Of a stretch of 60,000 bases of DNA, positions 23,801 to 38,800 are shown piece by piece. Source of the DNA: Sphyrna mokarran (lineage: Eukaryota); contig JAGIQG010000008.1 in the NCBI GenBank assembly GCA_024679065.1, forward strand, positions 30,382,001 to 30,442,000. The letters run 5' to 3'. The position numbers and the translations under genes were made by a program. The notes under the pieces are model-generated. The model did no database searches. It was given only the letters and a program-made list of their open reading frames with translations, and was not told the origin of the DNA. Position 1 is the first letter of the stretch. Each line of letters starts with the position of its first letter.

Positions 23801-26800
23801 ATCTTGGTGGGAATGAATGGTGAGGAAGATGTAAAGAAGTTTCCGGGTGATTCAGACAAGTTGTGTGGGTAGACAGATACAGATAAATGTGAGTTTATTC
23901 ACTCTGGATGGAGAAACAGAATGGTAGAGTATTATTTAAATAGATTGGGAAATGTTGACTTCAAAATGAACCTGAGTGTCCAAGTACATCAGTCATTGAA
24001 AGCAAACACTCAGGTGCAGCAAGCAGCTAGGAAGGCAAATGGTATGTTGACCTTCACTGCATGAACATTAGAGTCTAGGAGTAAGAATATCTTACTGCAG
24101 CTATACAGAGCGCCAGTGAGACCATACCTGTAATACCAGGTGCAGTTTTGGTCTCCTTTTCTAAGGAAGGATATATTTGTCAGAGAGGAAGTGCAGCGAA
24201 TGTTCATCAGACTAATTCCTGGACTAAAAGGATTGTTACACAAGGAGAGATTGGTTCCACTGGGCCTATATCCACTGAAATTTAGAAGAATGAGAGGAGA
24301 TCTCGATGAAATGTGTAAAATTCTGACAGGGCAGATCAGGCTGTATGTGGGGATGTTCTTTCCTCTGGTGGTCTAGAACAAGGGGTCACAGTCTCAAGAT
24401 TCAGTGTAAGCCACTTAGGACAGAGATGAGGAGACATGTCTTCACTAAGATGATGATAAACCTGTGGAATTCTCTATCACAGAAGGCTGTGGAGACCAAC
24501 TCATTGAATATATTAAAAGGAATTGGGATAGATTTCTAGATTTTAAAGGCATTAATGGAAGAGTGTGGGAGTATGGCATTGAGATGGAGGATGAGCCTTG
24601 ATCATATTGAAAGCCCAAATAGCCTACTCCTGCTCCTATTTTCTGTGATTCCATAGCTAATTTCCCATCATCATAATTCAGGAATATTGAATTATTCAAA
24701 AGTGTGTAAAAAAAACAATTGGCAAATTGCAAAATCTCTAATGGGTAAAATTTATTTTTTTTTAAGAAAAGTGATTTAATACATGCATAAGATAAAGGAC
24801 AGATGTGGTTTTTATTTGATATCTATAAACCTCAGAAAATGTATTAAGTTCAGAGAGCAACCGTTGTTTACTTCCGTAATTGAGATATTTTTCTAGTGAG
24901 TGGCTGCATTTTGAAGCAAGTGGCTTTTAATTATCTCATCTGATTATCACTATTACATTGACAGAATATGTGTGCATTTTAATTACTAATGACAGTCAAA
25001 CAGAAAGCATGAGAGATTCAGTTGTGTTTGTAAGTAAATACATCAATATACCAATAAATATGATCCTGTCAAAGCAGTTTTGAAGCTTCACTTTTGCCAA
25101 GCACTGGTGCCTTTTCCATTGTAACACTAAATTCCATATTGGCAGAACTTCCAAAGACTGAGACCCCTTACATTTAGAGAGCTCCCACGATTCAGAAAAG
25201 AAAGTTGCAAGGGTCTACTTACCGTGGTTTTTGCCCTGTTAGCCTCAGATAAAGATCATAAACCAAAGCAGGGGCTTTGTGACTGACAGCAATCCAGTAC
25301 TGATTAATCAGGTAGTTTGATGTGATATTTGCATTGGGTCTTCTAAAGGCCTGATCCAGAGGGTTCCTCTTAAACGTGGAAATGACATGGTACTCTAGGA
25401 TGAGGAAGAGAATCAGTCATTTTTTTTTACACGGTTTGCTTTATTTAGTATCACTGCCAGGTGGTAAAAGGCTTTTTTTTAAATTCAAAACAAAGTTGGG
25501 AGGAAGTTTAATTCTTGTCCACTCTGGTGAGCACAGAAATCCTGTGCGTCCATTCAAATAAGTGGACTAAAATGTACAGCTTGTGTAGCACATACCATGC
25601 TTACTGAAATCACGAATAACTGATAGATTGTATTGAGAACTTCATGACCTTACAATGACTGAACCAAAGAATTTTAAATACATTAGACCCACTCACTGCA
25701 TCATAACTCTTTCTGCCGCAGTCAGTTTGTTTGTGTGTAAATACAGCATTATACCAGTAAATATGACTGGTTAAGTCACACTGCTTATAGTTTTATGTTT
25801 AAAAATCAAATACTTAAAACAACCAATTCAGCTCAGCAATTCTGGAAATGCACCCCCTCCCCCAACCCCCAAACACCCAGCTTACTACCTGCTCCAGTGA
25901 AAATGTCCTATTTTTTAAAAACTTGCCTTACAATTTTGTCTTCTTATCAAACTAAAAATCAGGTACGTCCATAAGGAAGCTCAATTCGTTTTTTGTCTTT
26001 TAGCTTAAAATGGATGGAAAATTAGTCCGATTACAAAGAGTCCGCTCCACCTCATTTTCCTTTACACATTCTGTACAGGCAATGAAGGCCTTTGAAGCTT
26101 ACTCAAGAGTTACGGGGAAAAAAAAGACTGTGCTGGTTGTTCCAGCAAGATCACAAACATGCTTCTGCCTAATGAGCTGGTGAACAACTGCCACTGCAGG
26201 CTAAAAGAGTTGGTATTCAGACAGTCCAGTTCCATCCCTTATTGCTTACATATTCCATCCATATTGGTGTCAGCCTAACAGGAGTAGGCAGAGTTGAAGT
26301 ACCATTGGCTGCTACTTCCAGTCTTATCCAGAGGTTAGGTGTTTCTAAATTCCCAAATGAGCTAACTACTCAGCTCAGCAATGTCATTTTTTGGTGGAGG
26401 GTGGCTGTTTACAGACACTTGCCTACCTTGGCACTCCCAATTGCCAAAACCAAACTATAAACCATACTACACCAAGCCAGTTGGTAAAGATAGACTCTGA
26501 CCTCCCATCAGTCAAATCACCACTGGAGAAACGTACAACAACCATAACATTAGTTAAGGTCAGCATTCCATCACTGCGGCTGGTCCATGTTCCATCCTGC
26601 CAAAGGTGTATGAGTTCTTGAATGGAGTTTCCTGAAATAGAGACTATCCTTCCAGAGTTCTGCTTCCAGCCAAGGGGATCAGCATTTAAATTTCCCATCC
26701 AACAGCTCCACTGACAACATCAAGCGTCGTTCGAGAAGCCGTCTGGCTCGGTGCTGATACTTGACCACCACCAAGGGAGATGCAACTGTGTGGACTGTGG

Positions 26801-29800
26801 TCTGGAGGGGGCTGCAGAGCTAGGAATAGAAGAGACATTTCACCGGGGTCTTGAAATAGGGTGAGGTTCCTCAATAATCTCCAACTTTGGCTTCCCATGT
26901 TCACCTGTCCACTGTTCTTGACACAGCTGCATGAGCAAAAATACTCAACCATGGGGATCTTAACTTCACAAGGTAATTACAATAACATTCATAGACGTCA
27001 TGTGATTATGCATCAGGCATGAACTTACGGGAAGTTTTTGATAAAGTCTCCCACAGGAGGTTAATTAGCAAAATAAAAGTATAAGTGATAGGAGGCAATT
27101 GACTGGTATTTATTAAGGATTGGGTAAAAGACAAAATCGCCATAGCTCTCCCCCTCAAAGGGGGGAGTGGATTAACTGATGGTGATTTAACCTGAGGATC
27201 ACCACACCTCAGGCAAGGGGCAAGGTGAAGATAGATAAAGCTGACCTTAGCTGGTACAGGAATTGAACCCATGCTTTTGGCGTCACTTTGCGTCTCTAAG
27301 GCAGTTATCCAGCCAAATGAGCTAATCAACTCATTAAAGATTAAATAATCGGCAGAAAACAGAGAGTAGGAACAAATGAATCATTTCAATGTTGGTAGGC
27401 TGTGGATAGTGGGGTGCTACAGGGATCAGTACTTGAGCCTTGACAATAAATGTCAATGATTTGGATTGTGGATGATACAAAGCTTTGCTTGAAGGTTTAT
27501 TGTGAGGAAGATGTAAAGCGGCTATAGGAAGATTTGGACAGACATAGTGAGCAATAATATGGCAGATGAAATATAATGTGAAAAAATGTGAAGTAATCTA
27601 CTTTGGTAGAAGGAACAGATGTGCCGAGTATTTCCTAAATGGTAAGAAGTTGAAACATCTAAATGTAAAGAGGGGCCTGGGTGTCCTTGTCCATAAGTCA
27701 CTGAAGTTAACATACAAGTGAAGCAAGCAATTGGGAAAGCTAATAGAACGTTAGCCTTTATCACAAGAGGATTGAGTACAGCAAGTAGTACAGCTTTGCT
27801 TCAACTGTATAGAATCTTAGTTAAACCATACCTGGAGCACTTTGTGCAGTGGTCCCCTTACCTTTAGAAACAGTGTTATTGTCATTAAGGGAGTTTTAAA
27901 AATTAAAATTTACAGGACTGGATATCGCTGGCTAAGCCAGTATTTATTGCCCATTTCCAGTGCCCTTCAGAAGGGTGTTGAGCCTCCGCAGTCCGTAAGA
28001 CGTAGGTACACCCATAGTGCTATTAGGGAGGGTATTCCAGGATTTTGATCCAGCGACAATGAAGGAATAGCGATATATTTCCAAGTCAGAATTCTGAGTG
28101 AATTGATGGCGTTTGCAGCTGTCTGCTGCTGTTGAACTTCCAGATGGTTCCAAAGAACCTTGCTGAGTTTCTGCAGTGCACCTTACACATGGTACAATTG
28201 CTTGCCATTGTTCACCAATGGTGGAGGGTGTGAATGTTTGTGGAAGGTGCTGCAATTAAGCAGGCTGCTCCTGAGGAGCTCTGCAGTGTTGTCCTGCAGC
28301 TGAAATGATTGACCTCCACCCACACAACCATCCTTCTTTGAGCTAGGTATGATTCCAAACAAGGGAGGGTTCCCCCCTCCTCAGTTCCCATTGAATCGAA
28401 TTTTGCTAGAGCTCCTTGACACCTTACTCGATCAAATGCTGCCTTGTTGTCAAGGGCTGTCACATCTTTGGAATTCAGTTCCCTTGTCTATGTTTGAACT
28501 ACAGTTGGAATGAGTTCAGAAGCTGAGTGACCCTGGTAGAATTCAAACTGACCGTCACTGAGCAGGTTATTGCTGAGCAGGTACTGTTTGATAGCGCTGT
28601 TACTAATCCCTTCCATCACTTCACTGATGAGCAAGAACAGACTGATGGGATAGTATTTTGTTGGGTGAGATTTGTCCTGCTTTTTGTGTACCTGGCAATT
28701 TTCCACATTGCTGAGTGGATGTCAGTGTTGTAGCTGTACTGGAAGAGCTTTGCTAGAGATGCACCTTGTTGTGGAACACAAATATTCAGGATTATTGCTG
28801 GAGTGTTGTCAGTATTTGCAGTATTCAATGTCTTCAGCCGTTTCTTGGTATCCAATGGAGCGAATCAAATTGGCTAAAGACAGACATCTGTGATGTTGGA
28901 ATAAAGGGGTCCCCCTCAGGAAATAAATCTACTTCCCATCATTTAGGCTCACTTGTCACAAGTCCATGGTCACTTAGGCAATGTGCAAGACTCCCCTATA
29001 TATAATATATATATATATATATATCTCCACCAATACTAGTACTGCTATTAAATTCACAAGAGGTTAACAACTAAATTCTTGTTCTTCAGTGCATCTGCAG
29101 CACTGTGGATCAATGGGAAAAAGTGAAGAGGCAGATGAAGCAAAATTAAATCGCAGCATAATGCATTTTTAAACTAAAAAGGGTTGCCATGATCACAGAA
29201 ATGAGGAGACTCACACCTCTGAACCGTGCAACAGAGGGCTGTGCTCTCAGCTCCATCGTCTTGCCAGTAATATCCGGTCTTAGTTTAATGACCTGGTTCT
29301 AAAAATGAAAATCAGGACAGAAAGTGCATAATTCTGCTAGATTTTCCTTAATTAATAAGAAGAATAACCACAATGTTAGTGACTGTGTAGGCATTGAATA
29401 TGAAATGAGAACCAACACAATATATAAATGAACCAATGAACTGAACCATTAAAAGGATGGCTTATGATGAGCAGATGTCATTAGGACCTGTCTTTTCACA
29501 CAACTTGTACAATGCTGCTTTTTTATACAGCACATTAAGCCAGTGCAGCAAAGTTAAATAGAATTGTTTTATGCTTTGCAAAGATCTGTATACACATACA
29601 GAGTTATTAAATAGCTATTTATAATTAATTAAAAATAGGTGGCCTTACAAAAAAAGCATTTTTACTTAGTTGGTGTTTTTAGCTGCATTTGTTAGCACTA
29701 GGAACAGCTCGGTGGAAAAGGGGAGCATGTTAAACAGATTGTTCCAGGCAACTGTGCCAAGGTCCCTTCTGTTTCTTATGCAGATAAATAACTTGGATTT

Positions 29801-32800
29801 ACAGTTTCAGTCCAATGTAGTTTAAACTAAAAAATGGCACATTATCACCCCACATCCTACAAAGACAACTATGTAATTGGGCTAATCAATGGCAATAAAA
29901 TTTAATATGAGCAAATGCAATAGAAAATAGAAAAACAAACGTTAAGGACATAAGAACTAGGAGCAGGATTAGGCTGTTCCAGCCTGCTCAGCCATTCAGT
30001 AAGATCACGGCTGATCTTTTTGCTGAACTCAGCTTCACCATGTGTAGGTTAAAACTTAGCACTTCCCAATGGAAAAGTTGAAACAGGCATGTGGCACTAC
30101 TTGTTTTGTCACTTGCTATGTTCAGAGAGTAAGGACTGATGTAAACCCAAAAGCTGGGTTCTAAGGCTGGAATATTACTGGGCCCTGGGTGGTGGGCTAA
30201 GAGGTGGGGGATGGGTGGCAAAATGCCAGGGAGTTGTGTCACAAAGGTTCCTCACACAGTCCCATTCGGACGGGTACCCACCAACACGGATGTGAGCAAT
30301 GGGGAAGAGGGGTGGATCTTGATTTCCAGAGATTCCATTGAAGCTCTGGAACACCACTCCCACAGTACTGACATCGTTGCTGAGAGGGGCTTCCTCTCTG
30401 ATTGTTGGGGCCTGTCTGCCGTGCCAGGGCCAACAATGTTCTACCCTCTCTTCAAGCATGTCTCAAAATGCACGTGCCCTCTCAGTCTTCTTGCTGCTGC
30501 AGCAATATCAGTTTCTCTATTGAAGCTGCAGAACCATCTGCCCTCTGGTCAACAGCATCGAGAGCCAGCCAAAGTTCCTTAACTGAATGGTGGCCACGAT
30601 GATGGCCTATTCATTGGTGGCTGCTGAGAAGACTGCCCCAGTTGCTCTGTTGGCCACCAGCATAGGTTCAGGACTCGCACTTGGTTACAACAGCAGGGAT
30701 CTTGTGCCAGAAAGATCTCAGCCCATGCTATTCAGTACATCAGTTTAGTTATGATCCCCAGAAGCTTTCAAGAGTATTTGAATCAGGTCAAATTTTCAGG
30801 ACTGCACACTGGACAGATACAAGGGACTGTTTATTAGTGCAGAGGTTACCAACAGCTGGGCTGTGTTGGTGGAAAACATGGTTCAGACAAGGACACAGAA
30901 TTTGTGTAAGAAATAATTGGATGCAGGAATGGGAAGACACTAGGTTAGTATTCTGGAAGCAGAACATCAAATTAATGAAAAGATTTTCCCGTGATCTTCA
31001 ATGTTGAATGGCTTTCCTAATTTTTGGTGACTTAATATACATAAAGATTAATAGGAAATAGTTTTAGAAATTTATAAATTAAGAATGCTATGAGCAAAGG
31101 ACTTGATAGGGCAGCAGGCGCTGTGATATTTGTACACCTACCAACACGGATTTTAATTGTGCCAATGTAACTGGAAGCATGGCAAGATTTTTGACAGACC
31201 AATTGACATCTTTGACATGGGCAAGTTCACCAAGAATCATACAATGTGGAGCTTTCTAGAGGAATCAGACACCTGCAACAACTTAAAGGTTCAGACTGTT
31301 TCTGCAATTGGGATCTTATTGTTGGCTCCAATTGCAGCCAAATTCTAACAATAAGGAAACATTGAGCACAAGTTCTGTAATTCATTAGCATGCCTGCTAT
31401 ATATTGTTACATTTTCCACCATGTTCTCTGTTAGCTTGTAAACTGGAACGCTGCTGTCTGCTAGTTTCAGTGCTAATGGAAAATGAAATAAATAACATTT
31501 ACATATGGTCTTAATTCCAGCTGTGAAGAGGTGTTAAGAGATGGGGGGAGTGGGAAACACATAAGGATCATCATAAAGCAGACTGGGAGCAGGTCAGGAT
31601 CACTGTGAAGCAGACCGGTAAGAGAGTGAAGCAGAGAGCGGCATAGTGGCACAGAAATTAGCATTGCTGCCTCAGAGCGCCAGGGATTAATTCCAGCCTT
31701 GGGTGACTGTGTAGAGCTTGTACATTCTCCCTGTGTCTTCCTGGGTTTTCTCCAGGTGCTCCAGTTGCCTACCGTCCAAAGATGTGCGGGTTAGGTTAAT
31801 TGTCCATAGTAATTCGCCCCTTATTGTCAGCGGGATTTAGCAGGGTTAATAAGTGGAGTTATGAGGTTGGGGCCTGAGTGAGATTGTGCTCGGTGCAGAC
31901 TTGATGGGCCAAATGGCCTCATTCTAACTATAGGGATTCTATGATTCTATTCTGTGATTAGATTGGGAGATGTATGAACCAAGTCAGAACCAGTGTGAAG
32001 CATTCCGGGAGCACTGTGAAGCAGACTGCAAGTGTGAACCAAGTCGGATCATTGTACTGCATACCAAGAGGAATGTATGTGGAGCAGATGGGAAGCACTG
32101 AAGCGAGAGAGTAAAATCAAACTGGAACACCTTTGAGCTGAGTGGCTGATAAATATTGTACTTTTGTTTTCCTATTTCCAATTCTCCAAAGTTAATAAGT
32201 TAGTCTATGGAACCGAGAAATTTTGAGAAAATCATGTTTGTTTAAGAATGAGAATTAAGCAATGCATTTAGATTAACTTCCCTACATTTAAATAACAACA
32301 GAAGAGAAGTGAGCAGTCGTTAAGTATTTTTTTTAAGGTCATTGAATCCCTATTGTGCAGGAGGCCATTCAGTCCATCAGATCTGAACCAACTCTCTGAC
32401 GGAGAATCTTACAAATGTCCTACCTCTGCGATCTCACATATCTACCCTGCAAGTCCCCTTAGCTTATACATCTTTGGACACTAAAGGGCAATTTAGTATG
32501 GTCTATCTACCTAACTTGCATGTCTTTGAAGCGTGGGAGGAAACTGGAGCATCTAAAAGAAATCCACACACACACAGGGAAAACTCCACACAGTAATCCA
32601 AAGCACAATCGAATCTGGATTCCTGGTGCTGTGAGGCAGCAGTGTTAATCACTGTGCCGCCACAAGAATACATTTTCTTTTTTAACCATCACAAGTCCTA
32701 ATAGCTAACAGATCCTATTCCTGGAGTGTACAGCCCCATGTGGTCCTGCAAGTATCACCAGCTAATACAGTTCAGACACCAGGCTACTCAACACGAGCAG

Positions 32801-35800
32801 TAGCTGGCACCACTGAGGCAAGTCCACCAGGTTGAGGGAGCTCTGTGGATGTCACATTAATATATGTGATAACCCCACAGCTTAAGAGTATGCAGTGAGA
32901 GGGAAATGCATATATAGGAAGAACTTTTCACTCGAGGGTTTTGAATCATTTGAATGCATACCTCAGAGGATTATGGATGCTCCACCATTGAATAATTTAA
33001 GGCTAGGGTGGCTAGATTTTGTTTAGTCTCTTAGGAAATGGAGGAATATGGGGAATGGACAGGAATTTGGAGTTACGGCGATGATCAGCCATTATCCTAT
33101 TGAATGGTGTGGGTCAGGCTCGGGGCGGGGGGGGTGCGGTCATATGGTCCATTCCTGTTTCCTATATCTTAGTTTATGTGAAGATGATCGTGGCAATCAA
33201 CTTTTCCTTGCCTATCTCCTTCCAGTTTGATGGTGGAGGTAGCAGCAACATCCTGTAACTTGCATTTCTCTGTTGTTTAAAGAATGTCACTGAGGATCTT
33301 TACTCAAGAGAAAGAATTTCATTTCATTCCCTCTTGCCAGAGATAAGCAGGTGAGCATAGCATAAGAGTTGCAAGGTTTGCAGACTACCCCATGGTACAG
33401 GAGCTATTGGCTGCAGGAATATCTTTATGAGAGTGGCTTATAAGAACTTTGCCCTAAACCAGGACTGAAAAGGATTCCACTTCATCAAAGTGAGCAGAGT
33501 ACCATCTACAAGATGGACTGCAAGAACTCAACAAAGGTCCTTAAGTAGCACTTTCCAAACCCAAAACCACTACCATCTAGAACAACAAGAGAATCAGACA
33601 CATAGGAATTCTGCCATCTGGAAGTTGCCCTCCAAGCCACTCACTATCCTGACTTGGAAAGATATCATCCTGGAAAACTGTCAATGTGATACCCTTAGTG
33701 AAAAAGGGAGGGAGGCAATAAAGAGGTAACTGTAGGATGATTCATCTAATATCTACTGGTTTAAAAATGCTAGAATCAATTGTTAAGGAAATGATAGCAA
33801 CTCATTTGTAAAATCATAATCTAATCAAGCAGAGTCAGCATGGTTTCAACTCTAATTTATTAGAGTTTTTGAGGAAGTCTCAACTAGATCAGATTACAGG
33901 CAAAGGGCAGGAAAGTGGATATAAGGAATGCCATATTGTCACTATTGAGTGATGGAGCAAACTGAAGGGGCTGAATGACCTACACCTCTTCCTACTTTTT
34001 ATGGCTTTATTTCTTCACTGTCCCTTTGTCAGAATCCTGGAGTTCCCTCCCTAACAGCATGGTGGATGCACCTACACCACATGGTTCAAGAAAGCCCACC
34101 ACCACCTTCTGCAGGGCAATTGGGGATGGGCAATAAATGCTGGACTAGTCAGCAATGCTCACAGCTCATGAATGAATCAAAGAAAATGTCTCCATTAACT
34201 GCTTATCATGCAGGTCAATGCCAAGTATCTTGGTGGTAATCATGATGTCTTCATTCTCTGGCATTCTATTGTGCCAGCTGCACATCAGCTACCATGACAA
34301 ATCAAACATTAGAAATTGGATGACAAGGGCTACCTACTAGTGACATGGCTCATGACTATAGTTCGTAACACACGTATTCGCACACATCATGCACATAACA
34401 AAAAGCAAGCTATCATGAAGTGTAGGGTATAGCTCTTGGATATGTGTCCTGATTGACAGGGACTTTTTTAGTAGATGTGCTGTGAACTGAGCAGTAGTTG
34501 AGGCTAGTGGTGCAGTTGGTAGAATATGCTAGCACGAGGGGACACAGCTTTAAATTAAGGGGTATGAGTTATAGGACGGATATCAGAGGTAGGTTCTTTA
34601 CTCAAAGAGTGATTAGGGAGTGGAATGCCCTGCCTGCAGCTGTTGTAGATGCGCCAAGTTTGGTGGCGTTTAAGAGGTTAGTTGATAAGTATATGGAAGA
34701 GAAGGGAATGGTTTAGTTTGGAGGGGCATTGCTTTTTATTTTGGTCGGCACAACATCGAAGGCCGAAGGGCCTGTTCTGTGCTGTATTGTTCTATGTTCT
34801 ATGTTCTATGACATTTGAAGATATATTCACTGACCCTAATTATCTATGTAGTTATTCATCTAGGCCTTTGGGGCTAAACTCCTGGTACTAAGCTCTCGAC
34901 TATTTGTTCACATTGTCTTATGACTGTGTCTGGAGAGCCTCGTGCCCAACATTACACTCACCTCCACGCTTACAGGACATCCTTCCTCCACCTAGGCCTC
35001 CACTGTAGGATCAAAAAACCTCGGCACACACTCTCACCCACGATCAGCCATTGCTCTATGTTGTACAGCATCATTCCAAATAACCTCAGTCCACCTTCAG
35101 CAGCCTCTATGCACCTTTCCCTTTAGATGCACGAAGCCAAAAAACAGTGCTGCACATAAATCATGATTTAAGAAAGGCAGTGCAATGTTGGCTACTTATT
35201 CCGAATAGTTATGTGTTAATTGTGCAACTTGATAATTGTGCCTATTTTCGGGGACTATTCTTCTCTTCATTTCTGTACCATGGAAGGGATTTCCTTCCAC
35301 CTGTAACATCAGGGCAGGTTTCACGCTATTGTTTCTGCTTCACACTACTTACTATGTTCTGCTTACTCATCTTAATCTTCCCTCTGGCCAATGCATCCAC
35401 GTTAGTACAACCTGTTGGGTTGAAGCAGATGGGGAGGGAGGGGCAGCAGAGATTGTAGAGTTTTTCTAGTCACCATCTGACTGGAAGAATAGTTTGAGAA
35501 ATGTATTTACAATGTCGATGAGGCATTTCAACTTAGAATCATAGAATTCCTACGGTTCAGAAGGAGGACATTCAGCCCACCGAACCTGCATTGACCACAA
35601 ACCTCCCAGGCACTACTCCCATATCCCCTAAACTAGGGTCTAAATTGGCCAATCAACACATCTTTGGAGTGTGGGAGGAAACCGGAGCATCCGAAGAAAC
35701 TCACGCAGACACGGGAAGAATGTATGAGTGGAGTCTGCACAGTCATCCGAGGTCAGAATTGAACCCAGCTCCCTGGCACTATGGGGTAATTGTACTAACC

Positions 35801-38800
35801 ACTGTGCCACCATGCCATCCCTTCAGCAGCTCTCCTAGATTTTGATTTATTAAAGATATTGAATATTCCAAAAAAAGATTTTCGTATCTTCCCCTATTTG
35901 GATACACTGTCTTACCAGTCAGATAATTATTTAACTTAATTAGTTTGAAGCTGCATTTGGCCACCCATCAGAAAATGAGGGGGGGCAGTTTCGGGGAGGG
36001 TGTGGTTCGAAATCATTAGGCCAAATGGAAACCATCAATATAGTTTTTATTTACAAACTCAAATCTTACCGATCTCTCCCCAATGAAATGGGTTGATGCC
36101 TCCTGTGGTACAATTGTAAATAAGGGTAGTTTTTGGTCTGTAAAAAAAAAGTACAGCAAAAGTGTGATCAAAAAAATGTGCATTAGGAATGGGGGTGTAA
36201 CAGGTACAGTTTCTCGTCTGAATTTTGGATCATGAGAGCAGTGGTGTGATCACAGTACACCCTCTGCAACGCCTGCTAAGGTCCAACACCGCTGCTTTGA
36301 AGTAACACGGTAACTGGGTGGACTGACTCAAAATAATCCTAAGGTATGAAGCAGAACAATGGTAAACAAAGGCAGGGACAAACAAAAAAAACCTTTGCAT
36401 CTGCTCACCATATCCTTCTGACCTATGTAAAATCCTGTATTTTAAAGCTGTATTTCCTTTTCCAGTGTTGACTTTAATAATGTATTTTCCAGACACAAAT
36501 TAATCCGGCATCTTTTTGTCCATGCTATTTATATCCTTCCCCAGTCTTATCTCATCAGAACATTTTGGTATTGTTCCCTTAAGTATTGTTTATGAATAAA
36601 AAAGTCAAAAAAATTATAGGTGGATTGCAGGGTTTCTGCAGTACTTATTATGCCTTTAGGTGGGACTATGACGGGCCCTACTAATGTTAAAATGAAGATC
36701 TAGTATCTCCATTTCATTTTTCTTTCTGACTGCAAGAACCTTTCCAACAGGAATTTCCTAATTTATTCACGAAGGATGCATCATTTCTGATTAATCTAGG
36801 CAGGCACAATGGGTTCTTACCAGATATGGTCTTTCAGAACGTTTCCACACAAGAGATTATAGGTAAATTGAGTGTGTATGTTATTAAAGGTAACCTTGTG
36901 ACATGAGGTTGAGAATTAGGCAGTAAGACAGGAGGAAGGGTTTGGTCTATGATTAGAATACACATCAAGACTAGCTCCCCAGAATTGTAACTGGGGACTT
37001 CAGTTTTGTGCCAGATCTTGCCCCAAAAAGCTGTGGATGCCGGGTCAATTGAAGTTCAATACATTTCAATTAGTTAAAGGTATCAAAGGTTACAGAACAA
37101 AGGCATGTCAACAGAGCTGACATACGTATCAACTGTGATCTGAGTTTAATGAACTGAATGGCCAACTTCTGTTCCCAAGATCCTATTTCCTTGGCCTTGC
37201 TTCCACAGCCCTCTCCTGGTCCATGTGTTTGCTGAGTTCTTCTTACTCTACTCAACATCCTTTCCCTTGTAGTGAAGCAGAGATGTTTCATCTTATTCAT
37301 CCTTTCCCATTGTCTTTCCCCTCATTCTGCCACCCTTCCTTCCTTCCCAGCCTTCCCATGCTTACCCGACCCCAAGATCCAATTATCCCCCTAATCCTAG
37401 TTTTGCTGAGTTGGGATACTTGACATCGACTGTATAGGTGCAATACTATCTGAGATTACCCAGCTGACCCAACATCAATATCTGTGCAACATCTATCTGA
37501 AGCTTGGGAATAAATTTACAGTCTTTCTCCACATTGTGGAGTTTGAGAAACCACTCAAAAAAAAAAGTGGGCGGCCTGTCTGCAGCACAAGGGTCACTGT
37601 GGTTAAACTGTAAGTAAAAGATCAGGCAGATAGGGAAGATTTGTTGTTTATCACCAGCTTGAACTAAAGTGGTTCTGTTAAAGCATTTACAATTTTAGCA
37701 CAAACAGCAGAGCAAATCCTCTAAGGAGACATTCAGAAACAGTAACCTCTGACAAGTAACGCCCATTTGAATTTCTCTTTTATAAACTGCATCAGTTCAG
37801 CGTTCCCAGGTGGAGAATGCCAAACTAGTGTCAGCGATTGCAAGTGAAAGGGCAGTTTGTTTCTGTGGACATAAAAATCAGGGATTACTGAAACTGTCCA
37901 AACTTGCCCCAGAAACCCAGTAAAGCAAGAACAATTCTTGCATTTATTTTTGTCCAAACTGGAACAGTTGATGAGTGATGAGAAAGTCAATACGGGCAAA
38001 ATCGTACAGAAAAAAACACTGGTAGTCAGCGACAAGTGTGTGTTGTGAGTATACAAGATACGGCGTGGCGCATATAGATCTCTCACCTGTGAACTGCTGT
38101 ATACCAGCCAGCTGCAAGTGTGAGATTAACTACTACGTCGACAGGAATCAAATCAGCCACTGCATCATTCGTAGCCCTCATTGTGCGGAGAATCCCCTTG
38201 CCTGCCTGCATGACAATTGAAATAACATAATAATATAATACATATATCAAGGCATTTGATATTGCCCCTCCTTTTCAGCCCAATTCAGTCACATTATAAA
38301 ATGTCAACACTGGCTGTTTACTGTATGACTTCTCTTCTTGCCTCATTTTTCACTTTTCCTGAACCCTCTCGCCACCCCGCAACACTCAACACTATTGAGA
38401 TAGAAATGTGACATGTCTACTCGTGGCTGGGGGTGAGAGGGGTGCAGAGTCTTATCTCTGTGCCTGAATGGTGAGATCTTTGTGCTTGTTTTCAAATGGA
38501 ACCAGTGAGGTGCAAACAGTCAGAGGAAACCAAGATGATGCTACTGGCAGGATTGCAGCAGCTTTTATGTAGGTGAGGACCAGGCGTGAATATGGGGCAG
38601 ATTGAGAGATGGAGGAGAAGATCAGAAGCTAAACCAAGAGTGTCAGTGGCCATTGGAGACCAGTATGATCAAGGAATGCTGCTTAAATATGAGATTCAGA
38701 GGAACATTTCATGCAATCAAATTTCTAATTTTCCTCAGTGCTCCACCTCTGTCACCAGCTGCCTCATAGCAAATTAGTTTTACAATGGGGAACTCAAACA

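Noticed and set aside
22227..36069. A duplicated, mutually exclusive paralog of the 172-nt exon, as I recall for mammalian FAR1
   Set aside because: No second exon with NPL..FR.P / YW...H / LTG.KP-like coding was found by eye in either flanking intron. A tBLASTn search would be decisive.
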